From Candidatus Latescibacterota bacterium (GTDB lineage: Bacteria > Latescibacterota > UBA2968), in contig OZ241986.1 in the NCBI GenBank assembly GCA_965204375.1, positions 5,920,001 to 5,984,000 on the forward strand: a stretch of 64,000 nt of DNA, in the 5' to 3' direction. Under the pieces are notes generated by a model that saw nothing but the letters and a program-made list of their open reading frames with translations, did not search any database and was not told the DNA's origin. Each line of letters starts with the position of its first letter. Within the stretch, counting starts at the first letter, position 1. The translations under genes were made by a program, and so were the position numbers. Positions 17,786 through 29,815 of this stretch are shown piece by piece.

Positions 17786-18881
17786 TCAGACGGCGAACGA
17801 CTTCGGCGGGGTCGCCAGTGAGGGCAAGCAGGTCCATCTGTCGTTGTGCCCAGGTGGGTTGGTGCGCGATGTCGAGGACGTGTTTGAGATAGGGTACGCA
17901 ATTGAGCTGTTCGGCCATGGGGAGCAGTTTTTCGACGAGTTCTTCGGTTATTTGTGGGACGGATTTGAGGTCGTGAGAGGTGGAATCAACCAGTTGTGCT
18001 GCGATGCCGTATCGCGAGGCATGCCACTTGTTTTGACGGATGAGCATAGGGTGGCTGTCGTGTTGATAAATTCCCCGGTCAATTTCGTCGGACAGGTTGC
18101 AAATTAAACACTGTATGAGTGCGACCAATCCCAATGTGTCTTCGAGAGTGCCAGGGATGTCGCAAATGCGGACTTCAACGGTGCCAAATGCGTGGTGGGG
18201 GCGCACGTCCCACCAGATTTCGCGGATGGATTCGATATAGCCGGTGTCGATGAGGTGGTTGATGAGCCAGACATATTCGCTCCAATTGCGCATTAAGGGG
18301 GGCAGCCCAGCAGTGGGGAGGCCCTCCATTATTTTTGATCGCCACGAGTGCAAGCCCGTGACCCGACCCTCCCAGAATGGGCTGTTGCAAGAAAGCGCCA
18401 GCAAGACGGGCAAATAGCGCAGTATTCGGTCGCAGATCATTATGGCTTTGTCGCCGCTGTTGACGCCCACGTGTACGTGGAGGCCAAATGTGACCAGTTG
18501 TCGGGCGGTGTCCTGGAGAAGGTTGACGAGACCCATGTATCGGTCATTGGGTGTGATTTTTTGTTCGCGCCAGGTGGAGAATGGATGTGTGCCCGACCAG
18601 TAGAGTTGAACATTCTCGGCGGCCGCTACGCTGGATAATACCTGGAGTTTGGGCTTGAGGTCGGCTTCTACGTGGCTGACACTTTCACATATATCGGTGT
18701 TGATTTCGACATAACACTGCATCAATTCGGGCTTGATTTTGTCGGCATATTCGTCGGGAATGCGATTGAGAATCGCGGCATTTTTGCTGCACAAAGCCAT
18801 GGTGTTGGCATCGACCAGAGCCAGTTCTATTTCCACGCCAAGGGTGGGTTGATTACTGGGATTAAAATCAAGCCGGGTCAT
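17766..18881 (-). CDS. YbdK-family carboxylate-amine ligase (GCS2)
   Basis: 'TLGVEIELALVD', 'FGLHVHVG', 'NSPFWEG', 'WWDVRPH..FGTVEVRICD'. Confidence 0.9.
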   Translation of the reverse strand: MTRLDFNPSNQPTLGVEIELALVDANTMALCSKNAAILNRIPDEYADKIKPELMQCYVEINTDICESVSHVEADLKPKLQVLSSVAAAENVQLYWSGTHPFSTWREQKITPNDRYMGLVNLLQDTARQLVTFGLHVHVGVNSGDKAIMICDRILRYLPVLLALSCNSPFWEGRVTGLHSWRSKIMEGLPTAGLPPLMRNWSEYVWLINHLIDTGYIESIREIWWDVRPHHAFGTVEVRICDIPGTLEDTLGLVALIQCLICNLSDEIDRGIYQHDSHPMLIRQNKWHASRYGIAAQLVDSTSHDLKSVPQITEELVEKLLPMAEQLNCVPYLKHVLDIAHQPTWAQRQMDLLALTGDPAEVVRRLINDPSH

Positions 18882-20089
18882 GGGCTGTCTCCATTCTTTT
18901 TTCGCGATGGAGCGAAATAGTTGACGATGCTGCGCGCGAGTATTTTGGCGCCTATGACGAGGGCGCGTTCATCGATGTCGAAGTCGGGGGCATGCAGGGG
19001 CGGGGCACTGCCTCCGGCGGGCATGCATCCCAGGCGAAACAAGCTGCCGGGCACATGGTCGAGATAATTGGCAAAGTCTTCTCCCCCCATGCTCGGTCTG
19101 GCGATGGTTTGAACGTGTGTTTGGCCCAATAGATCGATGGCATTTTGGCGGATCAGTTCGGTGAGTGCGGGATCGTTGTTGACCGATGAGGGACCGGTGA
19201 GAAAGCGAACATCGATTTCCGTGTCGGTGAGATTGGCTATGCCATTGGCTATTTTGAGAATGTGGTCCATGGCATGGGCTTGAGAACTGCCACTGAGGGT
19301 GCGAAGGGTGCCGCGAAGCAGAGCCTGGCCGGGTATGACGTTGGGATTTTCGCCTGCAGAGATATGCCCAATTGATATGACAATCGGGTCGTAGGTATCT
19401 ACATTGCGAGGCAATGATTGATAGAGTGCAGTGATGACCTGAGCAGCAGCGACGATGGGGTCTCGCGTTTCCCGGGGACGCGCAGCATGACCGCCCCGGC
19501 CCTGGATGCAAATTTCTATTTCGGCACAATTGGCTGTGAGTACGCCCTTGCGTGTGCCCACAGTACCTGCTGGTCGCGAGGGATCGAGGTGAAGACTGAG
19601 CAGGCCACAGACGTTTTTGAGGGCTCCAAAGGCGATCATGTCTTTGGCGCCGCGATTGGTTTCTTCAGCAGGTTGAAAGATGGCGCGCCAGTGTACAGGC
19701 CACGGCAATACCCGGTCGCATTCCAGAAGGCCCAGAACAGCACCGAGCACGGTGGCTGTATGACCATCGTGTCCGCAGGCGTGCATCACGCCTGGTACGC
19801 GACTGCGGTAGGGTACGTTTTTGGCATCTTGTATGCGAAGTGCGTCGATATCGGCTCGCATGCCTATACGCGTTTTTTTCAATGTATTGTCGGCTATAAC
19901 GCCACAACCTCTGGGTCCCGTCTGTATATGGCATCCGGTCTGTTGTAACAATTTGACGAGATAGCGCGTGGTTTCCACTTCTCGCCCGCTGGGTTCGGGA
20001 TACATGTGCAGATCGCGGCGGACGCGTACAATTTTTTTTCGCTGAGCGTCAATGGCACGGTCGAGTTTTTGTGTCCATTTATTGGGCAT
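18878..20089 (-). CDS. M20D amidohydrolase
   Basis: 'LHMYPE', 'RADIDAL', 'MHACGHDGH', 'FQPAEE', 'GGEDF'. Start placed at ATG 20089. Confidence 0.9.
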   Translation of the reverse strand: MPNKWTQKLDRAIDAQRKKIVRVRRDLHMYPEPSGREVETTRYLVKLLQQTGCHIQTGPRGCGVIADNTLKKTRIGMRADIDALRIQDAKNVPYRSRVPGVMHACGHDGHTATVLGAVLGLLECDRVLPWPVHWRAIFQPAEETNRGAKDMIAFGALKNVCGLLSLHLDPSRPAGTVGTRKGVLTANCAEIEICIQGRGGHAARPRETRDPIVAAAQVITALYQSLPRNVDTYDPIVISIGHISAGENPNVIPGQALLRGTLRTLSGSSQAHAMDHILKIANGIANLTDTEIDVRFLTGPSSVNNDPALTELIRQNAIDLLGQTHVQTIARPSMGGEDFANYLDHVPGSLFRLGCMPAGGSAPPLHAPDFDIDERALVIGAKILARSIVNYFAPSRKKNGDSP

Positions 20090-20260
20090 ATACCTTAAAA
20101 TAGGAATTATTTTTTTTTGCGCTATAAATTGTTTCGGTCGGTTCGCCTGCCCCTGAATGCCTATTTCCACTTGACTTCGCGTCGTGTATGGTTGAAATTA
20201 GACGGGCATTTTAATTTTGTAGGCTAAATAATCGGGAGATATTTCTATAAGGAGTGTATT

Positions 20261-20479
20261 ATGTGGCGCCGACAAGAAGTGCATCGCGACTTTTTCTGGA
20301 TAGGGCTTGCTGTTGGTCTTGCTCTTGGTGTTCTCGCTATTCTGGGATTTTTGTTGAAAACGGAAGCAGGGCAAAATACGCGCTCGCGCCTGGGAGAGGC
20401 CGTTCAGCGCGTGCGTAGCCGTTTTAATGGTTCCGCAAAATCTCAGGAATCACCTGCTGAAGCGGGATATATAGATTAG
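20261..20479 (+). CDS. Small YtxH-like membrane protein
   Basis: AAGGAG RBS; Gly-rich TM followed by 'TEAGQNTRSRL'. Confidence 0.6.
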   Translation: MWRRQEVHRDFFWIGLAVGLALGVLAILGFLLKTEAGQNTRSRLGEAVQRVRSRFNGSAKSQESPAEAGYID

Positions 20480-20586
20480 AAGAATTTCAGGATGGGTGTG
20501 TTTCTGGATTGAACGACCCGAATAGAGAGGTGAGACGCGAGAAGTAAGACGCGAGAGCGTTTTTACTTCTTGCGTTTTTGTATCTG

Positions 20587-21087
20587 ATGAATTTGCTTTC
20601 CAAACCCGATGGCTATCCCATTTATGCCGTTGTGGAAAATGTTCGTTCACTGTTTAATGTGGGCGCGATTTTTCGCTCGGCAGATGGGATTAATGCATCG
20701 GGGATTTATTTGACGGGGTTTACGGGATGTCCCCCGCGCAGGGAAATCAGTCGCGTGGCGTTGGGCGCAGAAGAGGCCGTGCCCTGGCATTATGAACGGG
20801 ATACGGAAGAGGTAATTGGCGATTTGCGCTCACAAGGTGTTCAGGTGGTCGCATTAGAGCAAACGCCAGATAGTGTCGATTTTCGAACCTTTTGCTATCG
20901 CTGGCCGGTGGCTGTGATTTTGGGCCATGAAGTGACGGGCGTGCGTCCTGAGACACTGTGTTTGTGCGACGGCGTTGTACATATTCCAATGTTGGGAACA
21001 AAAGTGTCTCTAAATGTGTCTGTAGCTGCAGGGGTTATGCTTTATGAATTGTTGTCCGTTTTTGAAGGGCAACGAGATAGGGAGTGA
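20587..21087 (+). CDS. SpoU/TrmH-family RNA 2'-O-methyltransferase
   Basis: 'ENVRSLFNVGAIFRSAD', 'ILGHEVTGV', 'IPMLG.KVSLNVSVA'. Confidence 0.92.
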   Translation: MNLLSKPDGYPIYAVVENVRSLFNVGAIFRSADGINASGIYLTGFTGCPPRREISRVALGAEEAVPWHYERDTEEVIGDLRSQGVQVVALEQTPDSVDFRTFCYRWPVAVILGHEVTGVRPETLCLCDGVVHIPMLGTKVSLNVSVAAGVMLYELLSVFEGQRDRE

Positions 21088-21150
21088 TATACTTTTGGGA
21101 CGTGGGGTTGAGCGGACTGGCTACTGACAATTGAGAAAGGATGTATCCCG

Positions 21151-22353
21151 ATGAATTTACGCTTTTGCGCTGTGCTGTGTATGCTTATGGCCCTGAACGG
21201 AGAGGAACTGCGGGCTGAAACGCGCGTGTTTTGGGTAGCTGACGGCCCTATGGGATCGGATTTTGATGGCGATGGCAAGGTGACGTTTACCGATTTTTTG
21301 CACTTTGTCAATAGTTTTAATGCGGATCCTGAAGATGAGAGTTATGATCCCCGCACGGATTTGAATGAGGACGGGGTCACGAATTTTAACGATTTTTTGG
21401 CATTTAGTTCTTCTTATGGTCAAGCGAAGACACCTGCCGAATCGAGCGGAGATCGATATATTATTTATGTGGCGGATGTAGATGATAGTTCGGTTATGGC
21501 ACTGGATTCTGATTCACATCTGATACTCGATTATATGCCCTATCGCGGTCCGGGTGGGGTAATGGTGTCTGCCGATCAGCAGTCGATTTATGTGTCGGAG
21601 GTGTTTGGCTTTTTCAAGATGGACACGCGCCATCAGGTGGAGTTTAGCGTGCCTGTTGAATCGCGGGGTAAAGCGGTACTGAGTCTCGATCAGACGCGGG
21701 CTTATGTGACCGATCAAGTACAGGATCTGGTTCGCGTAGTGGATGTAGTGAATGGCGTTACCGTAGATTCTATTCTGGTGGGCAATCGACCATTTGATGT
21801 CGCGCTCGCGCCCGATGGCACAAAGTTGTATGTGGCAAATCTAAATGATCGAAATGTGGTTGTTGTCGATCTGGCAACGATGACGGTTACGGCGAGGATA
21901 ATTATTGGTGATTTTACGGGGGAGATAGCAATTACGCAGGATGGAGCGCGCGCTTATGTGACAAATTTGACGCGCGGTGTGATTTCTGTTTTGGATCTCA
22001 ATACCAATCAGGTGGTGGGCGCGCTTCAGATTGATCAGGGGTCTTCGTTTGGTGCAGAGTTTTCGCCCGATAAAAAGTTATTGTACGTGAGCGCGGAGGG
22101 CGTGTTGTTGGAAATTGATGTGGAGCACAATTTGATTGTTCGCACATTGCGACTGGGAAATGATTCGACGGTGCTCGGGGTTTCGCCCGATGGCTCTCGA
22201 GCTTATGTTGCAACGCTTGTGCAACAGGCTGGGGGACCGGGACTTACAGTGGTGGATTTGAATGAGTGGCGAATTCTCGGGCGGTTACGGGGATTCTTTT
22301 ACCCGAGGGAGATCGCGTTTCGGACTGTGCCGAGGATTACGGGATCTCAGTGA
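21151..22353 (+). CDS. Secreted protein: dockerin-like double EF-hand plus YVTN/YncE beta-propeller
   Basis: Signal peptide; 'DFDGDGKVTFTDF' and 'DLNEDGVTNFNDF'; repeats 'PDGTKLYVAN', 'DGARAYVTN', 'PDGSRAYVA'. Confidence 0.85.
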   Translation: MNLRFCAVLCMLMALNGEELRAETRVFWVADGPMGSDFDGDGKVTFTDFLHFVNSFNADPEDESYDPRTDLNEDGVTNFNDFLAFSSSYGQAKTPAESSGDRYIIYVADVDDSSVMALDSDSHLILDYMPYRGPGGVMVSADQQSIYVSEVFGFFKMDTRHQVEFSVPVESRGKAVLSLDQTRAYVTDQVQDLVRVVDVVNGVTVDSILVGNRPFDVALAPDGTKLYVANLNDRNVVVVDLATMTVTARIIIGDFTGEIAITQDGARAYVTNLTRGVISVLDLNTNQVVGALQIDQGSSFGAEFSPDKKLLYVSAEGVLLEIDVEHNLIVRTLRLGNDSTVLGVSPDGSRAYVATLVQQAGGPGLTVVDLNEWRILGRLRGFFYPREIAFRTVPRITGSQ

Positions 22354-22389
22354 GGCGAGTGAGCAGTTTTATCTATGGAGAAAGCGACC

Positions 22390-23100
22390 TTAATGGTCGC
22401 TTTTTTTATTTGGTATCATCAGGTCGAGACATTCTGACATGAGGTGATTGATGCGTTCAAACTCGTGTTGATCTGTCAGTATTTCGCAGGCGGGCTGAAT
22501 ATAGGGCGCATCGACGATTTCGTCTCCACAGTTATCGATCAATGCCCGGGCTGCGTTGGGCGTTGTTTCCAGGTGGAATTGCAATGCGAGGATCTGATCG
22601 CCTACCGAGAATGCCTGATTCTCACAGGCATGGCTTTTGGCGAGATGAGTCGCGCCAGTGGGGAGGTCATAAGTATCGCCATGCCAGTGAAAGACTTTGC
22701 CAGCCTGTGCGAGTAACGGCCCGATTTTTTCATGCGTTTGCACGCCTTCAATGGGAAACCAGCCGATTTCTTTGTGGTTATTTGGATAGACTTTGGCACC
22801 GAGTACGTCGGCTATGAGTTGGGCACCCAGGCAGATGCCCAGTACATGTGTATCGGTATCCATCGCCTGTTTCAAAAATTCCTTCTCTCGTATGAGCCAG
22901 GGGCAGTCGCATTCGTCATAGACGCCCATAGGTCCCCCCATGACGACCAGCAGGTCTATTTCATCGGCTGATGGCAATGCCTCGCCGGCAAAGAGACGCG
23001 TGCGTGAGATTTGAGCACGCCGCGTTTTTGCCCAGGATGCAATGCTACCCAGCCCTTCGAAGGGCACGTGCTGGAGATAATGTAGTTTAAGAGATGTCAA
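22390..23100 (-). CDS. Class I glutamine amidotransferase-like protein
   Basis: 'LQHVPFEG', 'MGGPM', 'GICLGAQ', 'QFHLE' (catalytic triad motifs). Confidence 0.92.
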   Translation of the reverse strand: MTSLKLHYLQHVPFEGLGSIASWAKTRRAQISRTRLFAGEALPSADEIDLLVVMGGPMGVYDECDCPWLIREKEFLKQAMDTDTHVLGICLGAQLIADVLGAKVYPNNHKEIGWFPIEGVQTHEKIGPLLAQAGKVFHWHGDTYDLPTGATHLAKSHACENQAFSVGDQILALQFHLETTPNAARALIDNCGDEIVDAPYIQPACEILTDQHEFERINHLMSECLDLMIPNKKSDH

Positions 23101-24085
23101 CGGGTTGTTGTGTTTTCATGGATTCGTAAATGGCGTCCATGGTTTTCATGTTGCCAATGCTGTTTTCGGGCGGGATGCGGTGCGCTTGTCCGGTGTCGAG
23201 GCAGTCGCACAAATGGTGGAGTTGATTCAGGAATTGGAAGATGGGTTCAAATTCATGGGTTTCAATGCCATCGCGGGTGTGAACTTCGAGGGTCGTGGGC
23301 TGGTTTTCGTTGTTCCAGGCGCGTTCTGTTCGCAACATGCCATCGATGCCGGAGATTTCAAAATATTGTGAGGAGGCCATTTTGAAGCTAAAGGTGAGTT
23401 GTGCGGTGACGTGATTGGGAAATTCGTAGATGGCGATAATTGTTTCATCCACTTCGCGACCAAATTCTCCCGTGGCATAGACGCGGATGGGATCGGCGTT
23501 GGCTATGAAGCGGGCGTGATGGGTATTGTAACACCCCAGATCATAGACTGCGCCACCGCCTTTTTCTTTGTTGAAACGCCAGTTGAGTTCGGGTTTTCGG
23601 CGGTCTCTTGAAACACCCGTGCAAAAGGTGCTGCGAATATTGATCAGGGGGCCAATTTTTCCACTGTCGAGAATTTCTTTGGCTTTGAGATGTAAGGGGT
23701 GATGGCGGAATTTGAAGGCTTCGGCGAGGAGGATATTGTTGGCTTTGGCGCAGGCGACCATTTCGCGGCATTCTGCAGCGGTTTGTGTGATGGGTTTTTC
23801 ACAGAGGATGGCGCGAACTTTTTGCGATTTTGCAATTTGATTGCTCAGGCTGGCGTGAAAGCGGCCCCATGTGCAGAGGATGGCGATGTCGAGGTTTTCA
23901 TTGTCGAGCATCAGGTCGAGATCTGTATAACCTTTTCGGACGTCAAATTCGCCGCGGTATCTCTCAACCGCTTCGGGCAAGACATCGCAGACTGCAACGA
24001 TTTCTGCGCGGTCAGATTGTGCAGCCGCCCGACCATGAGCACGCGAGATACCGCCAGCACCAACAATTCCAATGCGATAAGACAT
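23087..24085 (-). CDS. Gfo/Idh/MocA oxidoreductase
   Basis: 'IGIVGAGGIS', 'CEKP', 'GGGAVYDLGCY'. Confidence 0.92.
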   Translation of the reverse strand: MSYRIGIVGAGGISRAHGRAAAQSDRAEIVAVCDVLPEAVERYRGEFDVRKGYTDLDLMLDNENLDIAILCTWGRFHASLSNQIAKSQKVRAILCEKPITQTAAECREMVACAKANNILLAEAFKFRHHPLHLKAKEILDSGKIGPLINIRSTFCTGVSRDRRKPELNWRFNKEKGGGAVYDLGCYNTHHARFIANADPIRVYATGEFGREVDETIIAIYEFPNHVTAQLTFSFKMASSQYFEISGIDGMLRTERAWNNENQPTTLEVHTRDGIETHEFEPIFQFLNQLHHLCDCLDTGQAHRIPPENSIGNMKTMDAIYESMKTQQPVDIS

Positions 24086-24107
24086 GTGAAACTCCTAAAA
24101 AAGATCC

Positions 24108-24731
24108 TCAGGCCAATGTATCCAATATATGTCGCGCAACAGATTTAGCCAGTATGGCAGAGCCTTCTTTTGAAAAATGCACATTGGCGGGGAGTTGTAT
24201 ATCGTCAAGGCGTTCTATAGCATATCCATAGAGATTATGTGTGGGAATGCCGTGTGCCTCCATGACTTTTTGTGCGATGGCGTTGTATTCAACTTCGTCG
24301 CCGGGTTTGCGAAAGGACGCGCCTTCGGGAACCGGTGTGGTGGCACACCAGATCAGTTTGGCACCGGTTTGTTTGAGGCGTTTGACGAGGGAGTCGAGGT
24401 TTTGTTCGTATTGGTCTGCGGGTACTTGATGTTGGCCCTGCGGGGGATCGACGCGCTCACCCTGTTCTGTCATATAGACGATGTCGTGTAATCCCCAGTT
24501 GAAGTGGATGACATCCCAGGAACCGTCACCGAGCCAGTTTTCGATTTCTTCTGTGCCGCGCTTTGTCGGGCCGCAGTTGGTGAGCGGGCGGTGGAGATTG
24601 GCTTTGCCTTTGAGTAATTCGCGCACAGATAGGGTATAACCGATAGAGATGGAGTCCCCTATAATCAGTACGCGAGGAAGGCTGGGGTCATCTTCAATGG
24701 GTTCAAATGCAGGGTTGTTGTTGGGAGGCAT
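24108..24731 (-). CDS. SGNH/GDSL hydrolase
   Basis: 'IGDSIS', 'FNWGLHD', 'NVHF'. Confidence 0.9.
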   Translation of the reverse strand: MPPNNNPAFEPIEDDPSLPRVLIIGDSISIGYTLSVRELLKGKANLHRPLTNCGPTKRGTEEIENWLGDGSWDVIHFNWGLHDIVYMTEQGERVDPPQGQHQVPADQYEQNLDSLVKRLKQTGAKLIWCATTPVPEGASFRKPGDEVEYNAIAQKVMEAHGIPTHNLYGYAIERLDDIQLPANVHFSKEGSAILAKSVARHILDTLA

Positions 24732-24754
24732 GAGGTTCTCCTTTTTATATGGGC

Positions 24755-26413
24755 TTATGCATTGTGCCAGGCGTCTTCCCAGGGCGTACCTTCGAGCGAT
24801 TCTGCGGCGATATCTCGGGGATCGCGTTTGAGCACTTGTTCTTTATATTTTTTGATGCTCAGTTTGTCGGACGATAAGGAGGTTTCTTTGCCGATGGCGC
24901 GGGTAAATGCTTCGGCGAAAGTTTCGATGCTGTCTTTTTCATCGTCGGGCAAGCGTTTGGGCCAGGGGCCGTCGTTGAGGTTGACCGTGCGGCATTCTTC
25001 TTCTGTGGGAATGCGGGCTGGACCGGGATATGAGCGCAGCCTATCGCCGTCAAGTGAATTACTCAGGCCGTGCTGGCGTTCCCAGGCGATGATTTGATTG
25101 CGAAATTTTGCCGCCAGTGCGGGGCGTTCGGCGATGAGGTTGTGCTGTTCGTGTGGATCATTTTCAAGGTCGTAGAGTTCTTCGATTCCGCCGTGGGCAA
25201 AGAAGGCATATTTGTGTTTCTGGTTGCGCGCTGAAATCCAGCGTCTTTTGCCCTTGCCGTAGTCTATAATTTCTAATTCTCGAGGCTGGGACAGGCCGCC
25301 ACCTGTTGCGCTCAGGAGATTCGCCCCTGGCAATGGGCCATGTTCTTCTGGGTACTGGAGGCCGAGTTCTTCAATGAGGGTGGGAAAGAAGTCGAGCAGG
25401 CTGACGAGGTCATCGCGTTGTTGCCCCGCCTGTGTTTTGCCGGGCCAGCGGAGGAGATATGGAATGCGGACGGAGGATTCATAAGGGCAGTTTTTTTGCG
25501 AAAGGCCGTGTTCGCCCATCATTTCACCGTGGTCTGAGACAAAGAGGATGACGGTGTTATCGGATAGGCCGAGGGTTTCGAGTTCATTCAAAATGCGACC
25601 GATGCCGTCGTCAACATGGGAGATGAGGCCATAGTAAAGAGCGCGCAGGCGGCGCAGGCGGTCTGGATCGCGATGGGCACCATCCAGACGTCCGCGGCTG
25701 CCGTAAAAATTGGGGGGCAGAGTTTCGATAGGGCGGTCGGCAAAGGGCGGAAGTTCCATGTCGGCGGGGTCGTACATGTCGTCGTACGGTTCGCAGGGTG
25801 CAAAGGGCGGATGCGGCGATATCCAGGAACTCCACAGGAAAAAGGGTTGATTGGTGCGGTAGCGCGTGTGTTCGCGGAGAAAGTCAATGGATCGGTCGGC
25901 GACCCAGGTATTTTTGTGGTGTTCAACAGGTATGCCACAGGTTTGGGGCTGGAAGAAGAGCAGATCGCGGATGCCTTTGGGAAAACGGGTGCGAACACCG
26001 TTTTCTCGCAGGTAGCGGAGGTAGTCGTCATTGACCCGGTGATCGATGCATTCTTCCATTGTGAGGAGATTTCGGAAGCCGTAGTGCCGACCGTGAAAGT
26101 GCATTTTCCCAATGCCCTGCGTCCAGTACCCGGCGCGCAGAAGAAGCGTCATGATCGTGGGAAGTTCGGGTAAGGGACCAGGTAGCGCACTGTTGTCTGT
26201 CCAGTGGTGTCGGGACATTCTGTGACCGGTGATAAAACTCATGCGTGCGGCAACGCAGACGGGGGTGGGCGTGATGGCCTGTGCAAAGCGAATACCTGAA
26301 CTGGCGAGTGCATCGAGGTTGGGCGTGCGGATTGTTGTATTTCCAGCGCAGCCCATGGCATCTGCGCGCTGCTGGTCGGTCATGAGGACGAGAATGTTGG
26401 GGCGATCTGGCAT
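24755..26413 (-). CDS. Sulfatase (S1 family)
   Basis: '[13 protein letters not shown]', non-canonical CVAAR signature, 'GKMH', 'SDHG'. Start placed at ATG 26413, 4 nt after the guaB stop. Confidence 0.9.
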   Translation of the reverse strand: MPDRPNILVLMTDQQRADAMGCAGNTTIRTPNLDALASSGIRFAQAITPTPVCVAARMSFITGHRMSRHHWTDNSALPGPLPELPTIMTLLLRAGYWTQGIGKMHFHGRHYGFRNLLTMEECIDHRVNDDYLRYLRENGVRTRFPKGIRDLLFFQPQTCGIPVEHHKNTWVADRSIDFLREHTRYRTNQPFFLWSSWISPHPPFAPCEPYDDMYDPADMELPPFADRPIETLPPNFYGSRGRLDGAHRDPDRLRRLRALYYGLISHVDDGIGRILNELETLGLSDNTVILFVSDHGEMMGEHGLSQKNCPYESSVRIPYLLRWPGKTQAGQQRDDLVSLLDFFPTLIEELGLQYPEEHGPLPGANLLSATGGGLSQPRELEIIDYGKGKRRWISARNQKHKYAFFAHGGIEELYDLENDPHEQHNLIAERPALAAKFRNQIIAWERQHGLSNSLDGDRLRSYPGPARIPTEEECRTVNLNDGPWPKRLPDDEKDSIETFAEAFTRAIGKETSLSSDKLSIKKYKEQVLKRDPRDIAAESLEGTPWEDAWHNA

Positions 26414-26417
26414 GGTA

Positions 26418-27914
<1,497 letters not shown>

Positions 27915-27971
27915 CTATAGTGAAGTCGAGAAAGTTGATGAGGATTATTTTCCCTCTTTTGAGTCGAATAC

Positions 27972-28006
27972 AAAAATCCCCTTGACGCAGACACATCAAG
28001 GGGATT
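27972..28006 (-). terminator. Intrinsic terminator in the guaB 5' leader
   Basis: Minus strand AATCCCCTTGA-TGTGTCTGCG-TCAAGGGGATT-TTTG (11-bp stem plus U tract), about 65 nt upstream of the guaB start. Confidence 0.8.
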
Positions 28007-28104
28007 CAGGAGGCAGGCACAGTTACACACTCCGCTCTGAGGCCTGGCGGCGGTGTAAACCGCCGTTTTTTGCGACAACAATAAGTGTAAAACTTCTGGT
28101 GCAT
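28006..28104 (-). CDS. Putative guaB leader peptide, 32 aa
   Basis: GGAGA RBS; [32 protein letters not shown]; the stop codon abuts the terminator stem. Confidence 0.55.
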   Translation of the reverse strand: MHQKFYTYCCRKKRRFTPPPGLRAECVTVPAS

Positions 28105-28139
28105 GATGGTGGTTCTCCAAATCGCGACTATATTTGCCA

Positions 28140-28168
28140 AATATACCGCTTCTCTTTTGTTCTGTCAA
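28140..28168 (-). promoter_or_regulatory. Sigma70-type promoter of the guaB leader
   Basis: TTGACA-17 nt-TATATT on the minus strand. Confidence 0.75.
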
Positions 28169-28406
28169 TATGCGTGAAATAGAATTTTGTTCTCAAAGGT
28201 CTCTGGAAAAGGGGTTGACATCGGTCTTTACGGCTTATATTTTACTTTTAATTAACTCAAACTTCTAATATTACTCTTAGTTAATTAGTCACCTTACATT
28301 TTTAAAACTGAGATAATTAACACTTCTCATAAAACATTGTTGCAGCGTTGGATATACCGGGAACTCTATTGATTTGTATTTCGTTTAATTTGAAGCAGAT
28401 TTTGGC

Positions 28407-28435
28407 TTGACAGGTTTTTTTTCATTCATTAGATT
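28407..28435 (+). promoter_or_regulatory. Sigma70-type promoter upstream of the TPR-exbBD-tonB cluster
   Basis: TTGACA-17 nt-TAGATT. Confidence 0.55.
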
Positions 28436-28558
28436 CTTCAGCCCTGATACCTGTAATCGCAATGATTTTTGGATATAAATTATTCTCAACAGGGAAACGG
28501 CCTGTTATGTGTCGTTTTCTGCGAATTTTCATCCCTATATAGTATGGAGATTGGGACC

Positions 28559-29755
28559 ATGATTTTAAATTGGAAATTCCGATCTGGTTTTTTGGCTTTG
28601 TTTGGCAGTTTTTTTATTCTGGGTACAGCGTCACTTTGTTTTGCCGAAGATGGCGAACCCGAGATGACACAGGCGGATTCTCTTAAGAAGGCCAGTCAAC
28701 ACCTGTCTTTTGGTGCTCGATATCTCAAGAGCAAGCAATATGAAGACGCCGAAACACAATTTTTGAAATCATGGGGTTTTAATCCCAAAAGATCAACAAC
28801 AGCTCGATATCTGGGTAAGTTGTACGAAGAAATAGAAAAATACGAAGATGCGATTCAGTGGTATCAAAAAGCTGTTGAACTTGACCCCAAAAGCAAATAC
28901 ACGAAGATCGCACACATCGCATTGGCACGCATCTATATTATACAGGAACAGCCCGATAAAGCCATTGGGAATTATGAAGCGTTGCTGGGATTTAACCTCA
29001 CGGCAGAGGAAAAAATTAAATATTATCACGCGCTGGTCAGTTTGAATGTTGAAATAGAAGAGTACGAACAAGCATTGGAGTATGCCAAAAAGTGGGGTGA
29101 ATTGGCTCCCGATGATCCCGAAGTGCGGGATATGATTGGTAAATTACATCTGCGAACAGGCGGCGAGGACGAAGCTCTGGCCGAAATGGAAAAAGTGCTG
29201 GAGATAAATCCCGATGATTATGCTACGCTGGAAAAATTGGCGGGTATGTACGACCGAAGAGGCGATGATGATAAAGCCTTTGATGCCTTTGAAAAATTGT
29301 ATCAAAATGATGATTCGAGTATCTTCTTTTTGGAAGAGACCATTAAATTGGGCAAGAGGTTGAGTAAATCCAAAAGCTGGGTGGTTGGTCGGCTTGAAAA
29401 ATTATACGACATGGATCCCGAGAATTTGGGGGTGATCGAAGAATTAGCCGAGTTGACCGGGAGCCTCAAATGGGTCAATAAAGGTCTGAAACAAGACCCA
29501 AACAACGGTCTGTACCCCTATATGAGGGGCAACCATTATTTTAACAGGTGGGAAAATTCAAGTGCAAAACAGGATTCGATCAATGCCTTGATATGGTATA
29601 GAAGGGCGTTGAAAGACCCGCAGTGGAAGGGCAATGCCAACGCAATGATCCTGACACTTGATCCACCCCTGACAGAAGAAGAAAAGAAGCGTCGAGAATT
29701 TTTTGAGGGTAGTAAAAAGAAAAAGGAGGAGGTGGAAACAGAAGGTAAGAAGTAA
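28559..29755 (+). CDS. Secreted tetratricopeptide-repeat protein
   Basis: Signal peptide; multiple TPRs ('YLGKLYEEIEKYEDAIQWYQKAVELDP'). Start placed at ATG 28559 after GGAGA. Confidence 0.85.
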   Translation: MILNWKFRSGFLALFGSFFILGTASLCFAEDGEPEMTQADSLKKASQHLSFGARYLKSKQYEDAETQFLKSWGFNPKRSTTARYLGKLYEEIEKYEDAIQWYQKAVELDPKSKYTKIAHIALARIYIIQEQPDKAIGNYEALLGFNLTAEEKIKYYHALVSLNVEIEEYEQALEYAKKWGELAPDDPEVRDMIGKLHLRTGGEDEALAEMEKVLEINPDDYATLEKLAGMYDRRGDDDKAFDAFEKLYQNDDSSIFFLEETIKLGKRLSKSKSWVVGRLEKLYDMDPENLGVIEELAELTGSLKWVNKGLKQDPNNGLYPYMRGNHYFNRWENSSAKQDSINALIWYRRALKDPQWKGNANAMILTLDPPLTEEEKKRREFFEGSKKKKEEVETEGKK

Positions 29756-29815
29756 AAAGGCTTTGTGTTGTTAATCCATTTTTCGCAATTCATAACCTAA
29801 CCTGGGAGATGTGGC

